64,000 nucleotides of DNA from Escherichia coli O127:H6 str. E2348/69 (GCF_000026545.1 NC_011601.1); one strand, 5' to 3'; counted from the first letter of the stretch, positions 1 through 8,588 are shown. Translations and numbers: made by a program. The notes: a model not told the origin generated them from the sequence alone.

Positions 1-183
1 TGCGGTGATCCAGCCCTGGCCCTGACCTTTCAGGAAGCGCGGCACGCCTTCTTCAATAGAGGCGGTACACAACACTTTGGTATCGCCAAATTCGACCAGC
101 ACCGAGCCTTCTGCATGTTTTGTATAGTTACGAGTCAGGGTAACGGGACGCACCTGATTATTGCTACGGCCTGCTGGACGCAT
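1..183 (-). CDS. rph: RNase PH, N-terminal 61 codons (gene continues beyond window start)
   Basis: Reverse-strand translation from ATG at 183..181 reads [61 protein letters not shown], the RNase PH N-terminus; divergent from yicC as in E. coli. Confidence 0.85.
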
Positions 184-309
184 ATTGAAATCTCCGGCTT
201 GAAACAAATGTGGCTGCGCATTATACGGACTTCCGGCGGTTATTCCTATCCTGACAAGGCATCGATGGCTATAATCCTTCCACCTCTCCTTTTATAAACA
301 GGAACGTCT

Positions 310-1173
310 ATGATCCGCAGTATGACCGCCTACGCCCGGCGTGAAATCAAGGGTGAATGGGGGAGCGCAACCTGGGAAATGCGCTCGGTAAACCAGCGTT
401 ATCTGGAAACTTACTTTCGTCTGCCGGAGCAGTTCCGTAGCCTTGAACCTGTCGTTCGTGAGCGTATTCGTTCTCGCCTGACGCGCGGTAAAGTGGAATG
501 TACCCTGCGCTATGAGCCCGATGTCAGCGCGCAAGGTGAGCTGATCCTCAACGAAAAACTGGCTAAACAGCTGGTAACTGCCGCGAACTGGGTAAAAATG
601 CAGAGTGACGAAGGGGAAATCAACCCGGTTGATATTCTCCGCTGGCCAGGCGTGATGGCGGCCCAGGAACAGGATCTCGACGCGATTGCCGCTGAAATTC
701 TCGCGGCGCTGGATGGTACGCTGGACGACTTTATCATCGCGCGCGAAACCGAAGGTCAGGCGCTGAAAGCATTGATCGAGCAGCGTCTGGAAGGCGTGAC
801 CGCCGAAGTGGTCAAAGTCCGCGCCCACATGCCGGAAATCCTGCAATGGCAGCGTGAGCGTCTGGTGGCTAAGCTGGAAGACGCCCAGGTGCAACTGGAA
901 AACAACCGTCTGGAGCAGGAGTTGGTTCTGCTGGCACAACGAATTGACGTTGCCGAAGAGTTGGACCGCCTCGAAGCGCATGTTAAAGAGACCTACAACA
1001 TTCTGAAGAAAAAAGAAGCCGTTGGTCGTCGTCTGGACTTTATGATGCAGGAGTTCAACCGCGAGTCGAACACCCTGGCCTCGAAGTCTATCAATGCCGA
1101 AGTGACTAACTCCGCCATTGAGCTGAAAGTGTTGATCGAGCAGATGCGCGAGCAGATTCAGAATATTGAATGA
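310..1173 (+). CDS. yicC: YicC-family stress-induced protein, 287 aa
   Basis: 287-aa ORF with YicC-like sequence; expected position next to rph. Confidence 0.9.
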   Translation: MIRSMTAYARREIKGEWGSATWEMRSVNQRYLETYFRLPEQFRSLEPVVRERIRSRLTRGKVECTLRYEPDVSAQGELILNEKLAKQLVTAANWVKMQSDEGEINPVDILRWPGVMAAQEQDLDAIAAEILAALDGTLDDFIIARETEGQALKALIEQRLEGVTAEVVKVRAHMPEILQWQRERLVAKLEDAQVQLENNRLEQELVLLAQRIDVAEELDRLEAHVKETYNILKKKEAVGRRLDFMMQEFNRESNTLASKSINAEVTNSAIELKVLIEQMREQIQNIE

Positions 1174-1212
1174 TTTTGCATGCTGTCGCATGAAATTGCA
1201 AAAATCCATCAT

Positions 1213-1240
1213 AGCCCGCATTTTGCGGGCTTTTTTATTT
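1213..1240 (+). terminator. Rho-independent terminator downstream of yicC
   Basis: Hairpin agcccgca-tttt-gcgggct followed by T-rich run ttttttatttt. Confidence 0.7.
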
Positions 1241-1281
1241 TCATACTGTCGCATATGATTGCATAGCATCGCGCAAAACAT

Positions 1282-1300
1282 TTGTACCCAAGACTGTACC
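1282..1300 (+). repeat. attL core: 19-bp direct repeat TTGTACCCAAGACTGTACC (identical copy at 12406-12424)
   Basis: Exact 19/19 match at both ends of the integrase-bearing element. Confidence 0.75.
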
Positions 1301-1360
1301 TTTAATAATTTATCCAATTCATTTTGGGTACAAAATGATAGTCAATATTCAGGTGAAACT

Positions 1361-2620
1361 ATGGCAAAGCTGACAGATATCCAAATCAAGTCATGGATTA
1401 AGGCAGGAGAACGCTTCGAGGGGCGCTCTGACGGCAACGGGCTATACCTTCGCTATCGAGTGGGGGATAAAGTGCCTGTATGGCGTTTTCGATATCAGTT
1501 CGCTGGGAAATCACGGGTAATGCTTATTGGATCTTATAGCGAAATATCCCTTTCCAAAGCACGGGAAATAGCCAAGGAATTATCCGCACGTGTAGCCCTG
1601 GGCTTCGATGTCGCCGGGGAAAAGAAAGCGCGAAAAGCGGCTGCTATAGAAAAGATGGAGCGGGAGAAAAACGCGCTTCGCGTGTCAGAGCTAGCAACCG
1701 AGTATTTCGAACGGCAGATTTTGGGACGCTGGAAACATCCCGATCTTCTGCGCCGGAGAATCGATAAGGATATCAACCCACATATTGGCAACATGAAGAT
1801 AGAGGACGTAAAACCCCGTCATATTGATGCGATGCTACAGAGCGTTGTTGATCGTGGCGCTCCAACCGTAGCTAATGACGTTCTGCGCTGGACTAAACGC
1901 ATATTCGATTATGCTATCAAGCGTCATGCACTGGAATTAAACCCAGCTGGAGCATTTGATCTGTCAGACGCTGGCGGGCAGGAAAGTAGCCGTATGCGCT
2001 GGCTGACCCGTGAAGAACTTATACGTTTTTTCCAAGCTATGCGCACTGCAAAAGGATTCAGCCGCGAGAACGAGCTGACCATGAAGCTAATCCTCTGCCT
2101 GTGTTGTCGCAAAATGGAGCTGTGCGGTGCTCAGTGGGATGAATTCGACCTTGATGAAGCAGTGTGGCATCTACCAGCAGAACGCGTTAAAAACGGCGAC
2201 GCTATTGATATACCACTACCTCCACCTGCGGTTGGTTGGTTGAGAGAGCTTCGCACTATCGCGGGCAGTGGGAGTAAATGGGTTCTCCCCGCGCGGAAGA
2301 TGCAACACCGCATGATTCCCCACATTCAGGAAAGCACACTCCCAGTGGCGCTGGCAAAAGTACGCCGCGAAATGCCAGAAGTACCAAACTTCACAATTCA
2401 CGATTTCAGGCGTACCGCCCGCACCCATTTAGCGGCGTTGGGTGTCGATCCCGTAGTCGCAGAACGTTGCCTGAATCACCGCATTAAAGGCGTTGAGGGT
2501 ATCTACAACCGCCACCAGTACTTTGAAGAACGACGGGCAGCCCTGGAACTGTGGGCGGGGCTTCTGGTTTCGCTTGAACGAGGGGAAAACTACAATGTTA
2601 TTCCTTTATCTAAAATATAA
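1361..2620 (+). CDS. int: Tyrosine recombinase, P4-type integrase (419 aa)
   Basis: N-terminus MAKLTDIQIKSWIKAGERFEGRSDGNGLYLRYRVGDKVPVWRFRYQFAGK typical of P4-family arm-binding domain; C-terminal HDFRRT...HRIKGVEGIYNRHQY catalytic motif; start set at ATG 1361 with RBS aggtgaa. Confidence 0.9.
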   Translation: MAKLTDIQIKSWIKAGERFEGRSDGNGLYLRYRVGDKVPVWRFRYQFAGKSRVMLIGSYSEISLSKAREIAKELSARVALGFDVAGEKKARKAAAIEKMEREKNALRVSELATEYFERQILGRWKHPDLLRRRIDKDINPHIGNMKIEDVKPRHIDAMLQSVVDRGAPTVANDVLRWTKRIFDYAIKRHALELNPAGAFDLSDAGGQESSRMRWLTREELIRFFQAMRTAKGFSRENELTMKLILCLCCRKMELCGAQWDEFDLDEAVWHLPAERVKNGDAIDIPLPPPAVGWLRELRTIAGSGSKWVLPARKMQHRMIPHIQESTLPVALAKVRREMPEVPNFTIHDFRRTARTHLAALGVDPVVAERCLNHRIKGVEGIYNRHQYFEERRAALELWAGLLVSLERGENYNVIPLSKI

Positions 2621-2635
2621 AAGTTTTGTTTGAAG

Positions 2636-2740
2636 GTATTCACCCTATTCACCTTTTTAATTAACTTCATGATTTTAAATAATAAAAAAGGGTGAATACT
2701 TACAGTAAAACTAATCACCTTAGTATTCACCTGTTCACCT
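2636..2740. repeat. Cluster of five GGTGAAYA-type motifs (TATTCACC x3, GGTGAATA, TGTTCACC) downstream of int
   Basis: Read directly from sequence; a similar cluster lies at 12150-12265 at the other end of the element. Confidence 0.45.
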
Positions 2741-3123
2741 TCTAAAGCTGCTGTGGCTGCTCCCCTTGCCCGAAAACACGCCAGCCACCAGCGTTAAAAA
2801 AAACTACAAAAATCATCATCGTACAGATCTGTACGATGACGCCAGCACTCACCCTACAAAACAACCTAACTTATTGATTTCAAAAGTAGAGAAAATCTGC
2901 TTTATGCCACTAGCTCGCACCCGTCCCCAAAAAGAAAAAGCCCGCGCTGGAGACGCACGGGCTTTTGGGTACCGATAACCATGTTTGGAATCAACTCATT
3001 GAGTTCTGACCTCAATTTGCATGTTATCACAAGAAAAACACATTGTAATAATTGCAACAACGAATATCATCATTGCATATAATGAAACATAAATATCCGA
3101 TAGAACATACTGAGGTCTGACCG

Positions 3124-3675
3124 ATGCAAGATATTACAAACATCGCAGTGACTGGCGAAGATGGCGTGGTGACGTATGCCGACGGCAGTAAAGAGGAGTT
3201 CCAGTGCAGCGGAACCGTTGCGACCATCATTGCAAGTCTTGCAACGACACTCGAGAAAGAACGCAAAATGCGCATCGCCACCGGCGACCGCCTGCGCCGC
3301 ATGTACACCCGCGACAGTGATATGATTTCCCGCGGTTTGAATGGCACGTCTGCTACTTCCACGGCACCGACAGCAATGAATGCTGAGTTCATGCGTCTGG
3401 TACGTGCCGTAGCGCCGAAATACGATTCAGCACTGCCCGACGCCGACCCGCGCATCGTTGCGCTCGATGTGCTGCGCTACGCCCCTGCTGAGGCGTTCAG
3501 CGCCGTACACCCTACCCCAATGTCAGAAATCCAGCTGGATCAGGCTATCGATATACTCGAGCAGGTTGGCGACTACATGAAAGCAAACAATATCGCTCCG
3601 AAAATAATTTCTACAGGAGACGCAATCCGCAGCATCAATGCTGACAACGCCACCTTCTGGGGCAAAAAACACTAA
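3124..3675 (+). CDS. Hypothetical protein, 183 aa (first gene of cargo operon)
   Basis: ORF of 183 aa, same strand and closely spaced with three downstream ORFs; no motif recognised. Confidence 0.6.
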   Translation: MQDITNIAVTGEDGVVTYADGSKEEFQCSGTVATIIASLATTLEKERKMRIATGDRLRRMYTRDSDMISRGLNGTSATSTAPTAMNAEFMRLVRAVAPKYDSALPDADPRIVALDVLRYAPAEAFSAVHPTPMSEIQLDQAIDILEQVGDYMKANNIAPKIISTGDAIRSINADNATFWGKKH

Positions 3676-3688
3676 AGAGATATGAAGC

Positions 3689-3877
3689 ATGTCTATCTAT
3701 GACCCGAAATTAGCCGCAGGCAACCCACAGCGCGCCCACCGCCCAATGCTGACCCGTCAGGATCTTGAAACGGCAAAGGCACGCAATAACTTCGATCGCC
3801 AGAGTCGCAACCTGCAGCAACTCAACGAATCAAATGCACGGTTCTGGAGTGAACAGAATGAGAAAGCCAAACGTTAA
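3689..3877 (+). CDS. Hypothetical small protein, 62 aa
   Basis: Small ORF 14 bp after previous stop; basic/charged composition; no recognised domain. Confidence 0.4.
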   Translation: MSIYDPKLAAGNPQRAHRPMLTRQDLETAKARNNFDRQSRNLQQLNESNARFWSEQNEKAKR

Positions 3878-4034
3878 GCCGGTCCTGCTGTCCGCCGAGC
3901 AGATGCAGGCCATACGCAACATTCAGGAACGTGAACGCCAGCGCTCCAATCTCGGCGTCGCTCCCACCGTTCACCAGATTGCCCGCGGCCTCATGGCTAA
4001 GGCTCTGGCCTCACTGGCAAGCGAGGGCGCGTAA
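3858..4034 (+). CDS. Hypothetical small protein, 58 aa (start taken at ATG 3858)
   Basis: RBS ggag 9 nt upstream of ATG 3858; its stop overlaps the start of the next gene (TAATG). Confidence 0.4.
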   Translation: MRKPNVKPVLLSAEQMQAIRNIQERERQRSNLGVAPTVHQIARGLMAKALASLASEGA

Positions 4035-4765
4035 TGGGCGCCATTCACCAGATATATGAGCAGGAAATGTTCTATAACTGGATAGGCGATGGTAAACGAT
4101 GTGTAGCATTCCACGAAGCGGGCCATGCAGTAGCCGCATGGCTTATTCGCTTAGATATGCAGGTTATCGCCATTATGGATGAATCCGGCTACGTTGCTGG
4201 CGAACATGTACATGAAGCCCAGTGTTTGGGCGTTGTTAAACACGGCATAATCCACAGCCACGATCTCAGGCGTTTGCGGGAGAGTAAATCTGGTGTAGTT
4301 GGGCACGATGGCAAAGTTATCCCTTTCATACGCTACTACGCGGAAGGTATAAAGCGCGATGCAACAAAGGCCGCTTTTGTAGCCCTCGCTGGACCAGTAA
4401 GCGAAGCCATTTACGAAAATAACGAAATTTTCAATATAAAGTATTCACTCCCTCACCGCTATGACATGGCTAACGTAAATGACATGCTCGATTTAATATG
4501 TGCCACGGATAAGCGAATTAACAGGAAGTTAATGCTTTCTAAACTTGTTGAAAAGACCAAATTCCTCATGACTCAATACTGGCCGGAAGTAGGAAAAATA
4601 GCGCATTTGCTTGAGCGGGATAACATTGTTAATGGCCGCGATGTTAGCTCGCTAATCGGCCTCAACGTCATTGACCGGGCAACGCCATTTTTGGTATCTG
4701 ACTTGAGCAGTACATTTGCTCATCTCCCGTACTCGTCCCTGCCTCCGAATGAATTAGCAACTTGA
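4034..4765 (+). CDS. Standalone FtsH-like (M41-type) zinc metallopeptidase domain protein, 243 aa, no AAA+ module
   Basis: VAFHEAGHAVAAWL closely matches the FtsH zinc-binding HEAGH motif; later ALAGPVSEAIYEN resembles the FtsH third-ligand region; no Walker A/B present. Confidence 0.55.
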   Translation: MGAIHQIYEQEMFYNWIGDGKRCVAFHEAGHAVAAWLIRLDMQVIAIMDESGYVAGEHVHEAQCLGVVKHGIIHSHDLRRLRESKSGVVGHDGKVIPFIRYYAEGIKRDATKAAFVALAGPVSEAIYENNEIFNIKYSLPHRYDMANVNDMLDLICATDKRINRKLMLSKLVEKTKFLMTQYWPEVGKIAHLLERDNIVNGRDVSSLIGLNVIDRATPFLVSDLSSTFAHLPYSSLPPNELAT

Positions 4766-4812
4766 AGACAGTAAAGTAGCCATGCATTTAACACGCATGG
4801 CTATGTGAACAT

Positions 4813-6036
4813 TTAAGAATTAGAGCGCTTAGGCGATCGCGTAAATTGCACTAAAGCCCCTTTATGATCGTTAGCCTGCACATCACGATGCTCAACCAAC
4901 ATAGATTTTAATTTTGCCAGATGCACAACAGCAGCCTTCTTGCCAGTCAGGTACCCCTCGGGCAAACCAGCAATCATTTCCACATCAATAGCAGATAAAC
5001 CTGCGAATGCAGCAAGCCGTTCAACTGAAATGATTCCAGACGATGCCAGCAATTCAATAGTACGTTTCAACAAACGTGGTTTTTCAGGCTCACGATAATC
5101 ATCTCCCGGCTCTGATTTCGCTCCCCAACGTGCTGAACGACGCTTATAAAGATTTTGTTTCTCTTCTTCCGTAATAATATGCAGCACATGTAAACGCATG
5201 ATACTTGCCGCAACGGAAATACCATAGCGTTGTTTAATTAAAAGCAAGCTATCTAATGTTACCGGGGTCCTAATTTCTTCGGCAAATGTCTCAGCAGGAA
5301 GCAGCAGTGCTCCCGCAAATTTATGAGCCTGACTTTCCTTCAGCTTATAACGTTCGGCTTCGAGTTCGTTGCCAACATAGCGGTGAAGGATCAGATGACC
5401 AATTTCGTGAGCAAGGTCAAATCTGCTACGAAAAGCATTACCTTTATCTGAAGAGAGGAGAACAAAAGGAACACCTAAAGTCTCACTCCAGGCAGAAAGC
5501 CCTTCAATCTGCGCAACGCCTGTTTCTTCTCTAATAACGATAATACCATTACTCTCTGCGGCTAAAGCAAGATCCGGTATTTCCTTTGTACCAAGATTCC
5601 AAAGAGCACGGCACTCATTAGCAGCGTCTTCAATATCTGCATCACTAATTTCATCAATGTTTGTAAAGCTACGACGCGGTAGTTTTAGCTCCGGCAGATC
5701 TACAAACTCAGTCAGCTTAGTAACTAACTCATTAGCCCAATGGATTCGAGTTTCTAACATTGCTCGTGCAGCTACATGAGCTGATGCATTGCTTCTGAAC
5801 AGAGGCTTTGACATCCCCTTCAACAGAGGGCGCGTAAACCATTCAGGTGTAACATTTACGACAGTGGCCAGACGTTCTAAAGCCTCAGACTCTGGAGCCT
5901 GTTGACCGGAACGCCATTTGCTAATGGTTGCTGGTGATACACCCACCATAGTAGCTAATTGAGTTTGTGATAGCCGCCGGGCGGCTAGTACCTGTGCTAA
6001 CCTGCCCGGTTGAAATTCGGCGACGCCTCGGCTCAT
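4813..6036 (-). CDS. XRE-family HTH fused to ImmA/IrrE (M78-type) metallopeptidase, with ~150-aa C-terminal extension (407 aa)
   Basis: N-terminal LSQTQLATMVGVSPATISKWRSG helix-turn-helix; FDLAHEIGHLILHRY HExxH motif typical of ImmA/IrrE peptidases. Confidence 0.75.
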   Translation of the reverse strand: MSRGVAEFQPGRLAQVLAARRLSQTQLATMVGVSPATISKWRSGQQAPESEALERLATVVNVTPEWFTRPLLKGMSKPLFRSNASAHVAARAMLETRIHWANELVTKLTEFVDLPELKLPRRSFTNIDEISDADIEDAANECRALWNLGTKEIPDLALAAESNGIIVIREETGVAQIEGLSAWSETLGVPFVLLSSDKGNAFRSRFDLAHEIGHLILHRYVGNELEAERYKLKESQAHKFAGALLLPAETFAEEIRTPVTLDSLLLIKQRYGISVAASIMRLHVLHIITEEEKQNLYKRRSARWGAKSEPGDDYREPEKPRLLKRTIELLASSGIISVERLAAFAGLSAIDVEMIAGLPEGYLTGKKAAVVHLAKLKSMLVEHRDVQANDHKGALVQFTRSPKRSNS

Positions 6037-6680
6037 ACATTATCTTCCTCGGTTCCATCTTTTCTGATAATGCCCCTTTTGAGCCCAGGGAATGCATTAT
6101 CTTCTTGGGACGGAACTACATCATATCGGGTTAAAAAAAGTTCAAGTGGCTCATGAAAAACCCAGCGCTTCCCATCAGAACTTGGTACAACAAGCTCTAT
6201 AGACATCGGAGCTTCAGGCTGAATCTGCAACGAACCGGAAAAACGGCATACTACGAACAGTGTAGCTTTTGGCACATCAGAACCATCGGAGAATAAATCC
6301 GGTTGCACCATTTTTTCCACAAACACGTTCTCAGAAATGAGTTCTTGCTTACGTTTGCTACGGAATAATCTCTTCCACTGGTTATCATTGTAGCTTTCAC
6401 GAACAATCGTGAATATACCACTATGGCCTTCTACAATACGGTTACCACGCAGCTTTCCAGGATTACAACCGTTGGCCTCAAACACCTCATAAATAGTTTC
6501 ATTCAGGTTTAAATGACGATCATAACCAAGCGCGGTCGATCTGTGATCTAGCTTCTTCTTTTGAGCATAATCGTAAGAACGCTTTGATGCCGCGTAAATC
6601 GCGTCAGAAAGGGCCATGAAGAGTTGTTTTGAAACATTCTGAACGATGAGATCTGCCACTTTGGATTTTTTCACGACCAT
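6033..6680 (-). CDS. Hypothetical protein, 215 aa, translationally coupled upstream partner of the HTH-ImmA gene
   Basis: ORF of 215 aa; its stop overlaps the downstream start (ATGA at 6033-6036); no recognised motif. Confidence 0.6.
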   Translation of the reverse strand: MVVKKSKVADLIVQNVSKQLFMALSDAIYAASKRSYDYAQKKKLDHRSTALGYDRHLNLNETIYEVFEANGCNPGKLRGNRIVEGHSGIFTIVRESYNDNQWKRLFRSKRKQELISENVFVEKMVQPDLFSDGSDVPKATLFVVCRFSGSLQIQPEAPMSIELVVPSSDGKRWVFHEPLELFLTRYDVVPSQEDNAFPGLKRGIIRKDGTEEDNV

Positions 6681-6683
6681 TTC

Positions 6684-6702
6684 CTATCACTGTCACTGAT
6701 AG
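6684..6702. promoter_or_regulatory. Inverted repeat CTATCA-N7-TGATAG overlapping the RBS/start region of the 215-aa gene (candidate operator)
   Basis: Read directly from sequence immediately adjacent to the start codon at 6680. Confidence 0.25.
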
Positions 6703-7209
6703 CCGTGATTTTATATCAGTATTTTTTCGTGTGTCCATAACGCAATCAATTATTTTTTCCTTTGTCAGCAAGAATTATATAAAAAGCACTATCATGACAG
6801 GATTTGGGCCACTAACCTTTCACAGACTCTTGAAGTCCTAGAAAAAAGCAATGGCACAAGGTGTCCTTGCCGGGAGAAAAATCATCTGGCTACCAGCAAC
6901 CTTATAGATTCCAGATCAACGTAATATCAAAGTAAAACGTCCATTTCCGGTACCATATTTGGTCATTACGACGGGGGAAACTTATACCCACTGCTGCCCC
7001 ATCGTCAGCGCCGACAGGGACCTATGCCGCAAGGTATAAGGCAAAATTGGCATTTTCGCTATTCCCCCTGCCCGTATTTTTTGGCTTACTGGAATTTCTC
7101 TATCTAACACAATGAACTTGAGGCTATTCCGACAGGGAGAAAAGCGATCTACGCCTGACCGCCTGCCTCAGCAATCATCCAGGCAAGTACGTGTGTAAGG
7201 CTAACGCGA

Positions 7210-7890
7210 ATGAGTGATTTTTATTCCCCTCTACCAAGCTATGATCTTGTCCGGGCAGCGGAGATGCTGACTGATAAGGGGGCAAATTGTACCGGTAACG
7301 ATTTATTGGAACTATGGAACCAAGGCGTTATCGAGTTGTGTTTTTCTCTGCCGGACTACATTGCTTGTGAAGATGTTAATTTTCCCGGGCATGGTCACAG
7401 CATTTTGTTATCCGTGGATCCGATTAGCTTCAACCTTTTCTGGCTAAATGTTGATTACCCACCGAACTTAAATGCTAACTTTTCTGTGAAAGAATATGGC
7501 TCAGATAGTGAATTCCATGAGCAGTCCCTATGGATACCAACAGAACCGCACTACAACACTCACCATGATAACGGGGAAGGGCTTTGCGAAGCGTTAAGGA
7601 ATACTTATGGCCGGGAAAATTTACGAATACCAGGTGTCGAATTGCAAAAGGTTTGGCGCTTTTTGATCGGTCAGCCTTATGAAAAAAAGCCAACGCCTGA
7701 GCGTATCACCGCTAAGCAATGCCGCTTTATCGTCGCATTACTCAGATCGTATAACCTGACTGACGATGATTTTAAGGGGAGCATTAGGGACCTGAGAATT
7801 AAGATATCTAACCGGATCCCTTCAATCGGTGATCCTGAAATCGATGATAATACCCTTACTGACTGGCTGAAGAAGGGAGGGGTTCGGTAG
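7210..7890 (+). CDS. Hypothetical protein, 226 aa
   Basis: Isolated ORF upstream of alpA, preceded by ~530-bp AT-rich intergenic region; no recognised motif. Confidence 0.55.
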   Translation: MSDFYSPLPSYDLVRAAEMLTDKGANCTGNDLLELWNQGVIELCFSLPDYIACEDVNFPGHGHSILLSVDPISFNLFWLNVDYPPNLNANFSVKEYGSDSEFHEQSLWIPTEPHYNTHHDNGEGLCEALRNTYGRENLRIPGVELQKVWRFLIGQPYEKKPTPERITAKQCRFIVALLRSYNLTDDDFKGSIRDLRIKISNRIPSIGDPEIDDNTLTDWLKKGGVR

Positions 7891-7992
7891 CTGAGTTTTC
7901 ATAACTCCGATGAGTTTTCAATAACTCCCCCACCCGTAACCACCTACCCCGTAGCCTTGCGATTACCTTCTCACTCAATAGCAGGTAATCGC

Positions 7993-8205
7993 ATGAAATC
8001 GCAAACTTTCACCTTTCCTACCAATGGCAACGCACGAGCCAAACAAGTGGCGCACTATCTTGGAGTGCATATCAGCACCGTATGGCGCTATGCAAAACGT
8101 CCTGATTTTCCAAAACCCCACCAGTTAACCGACGGCGTGACCGTCTTTGACGCCGCAGCTATTCGCCAATGGAACAAGCAAAAAACCGGGGGTGAGAATG
8201 CTTAA
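7993..8205 (+). CDS. alpA: AlpA-family phage transcriptional regulator / excisionase-like DNA-binding protein (70 aa)
   Basis: KQVAHYLGVHISTVWRYAKRPDFPKPHQLTDGVTVFDAAAIRQW is the AlpA-type HTH pattern; start set at ATG 7993. Confidence 0.8.
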   Translation: MKSQTFTFPTNGNARAKQVAHYLGVHISTVWRYAKRPDFPKPHQLTDGVTVFDAAAIRQWNKQKTGGENA

Positions 8206-8259
8206 CGCGACCGTGAGCACACCCTGCACGACAGCCGTTCGATCTCCATTGTTGGCGGG

Positions 8260-8454
8260 TCAGGCTTTCGGCTCAATACCCAGCCGCTGGAGTTCTTTGC
8301 GCCCCAAGGTTTTCATCCAATTAGCTAAACTCATACCTGCATCTCGTGCGGCGGCCTCGAATTGCTCTTTCAATTCTGGGGCGATCCTCACTTGGAAAGC
8401 TGGTGCCTTTCCCCTGCCTTTGGGCTGTTTATCACGCTGTATTACTGTTGACAT
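8260..8454 (-). CDS. Small ribbon-helix-helix-like protein (64 aa), opposite strand to the replication operon
   Basis: FQVRIAPELKEQFEAAARDAGMSLANWMKTLGRK resembles RHH (Arc/CopG-type) strand-helix-helix; start chosen at internal Met. Confidence 0.4.
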   Translation of the reverse strand: MSTVIQRDKQPKGRGKAPAFQVRIAPELKEQFEAAARDAGMSLANWMKTLGRKELQRLGIEPKA

Positions 8455-8588
8455 GTATGTACCTATTAAACTAAGATTCAAATCAATAGGTACGCACCTT
8501 AACATGTTAAGGTCAGAAAAGACAACGCCCCGTAGTGCTCGCAACACATACGGGGCGTCTAACCAACAACGTTACGGAGACTAACGCT

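Noticed and set aside
292-1317. 341-aa ORF on the minus strand
   Set aside because: Lies entirely antisense to the well-supported yicC gene; low-complexity, Q/L-rich mirror-frame translation; treated as a shadow ORF.
2766-2978. 70-aa ORF downstream of int
   Set aside because: No ribosome-binding site, low-complexity product, sits in the AT-rich non-coding region next to the repeated motifs; more likely promoter/regulatory DNA.
4034-4765. Identification of the 243-aa protein as P4 Sid (similar length, similar genomic neighbourhood)
   Set aside because: Gene order does not match sid-delta-psu, and the protein carries an FtsH-like HEAGH motif; I cannot recall Sid sequence well enough to support the call, so it is kept only as an alternative hypothesis.
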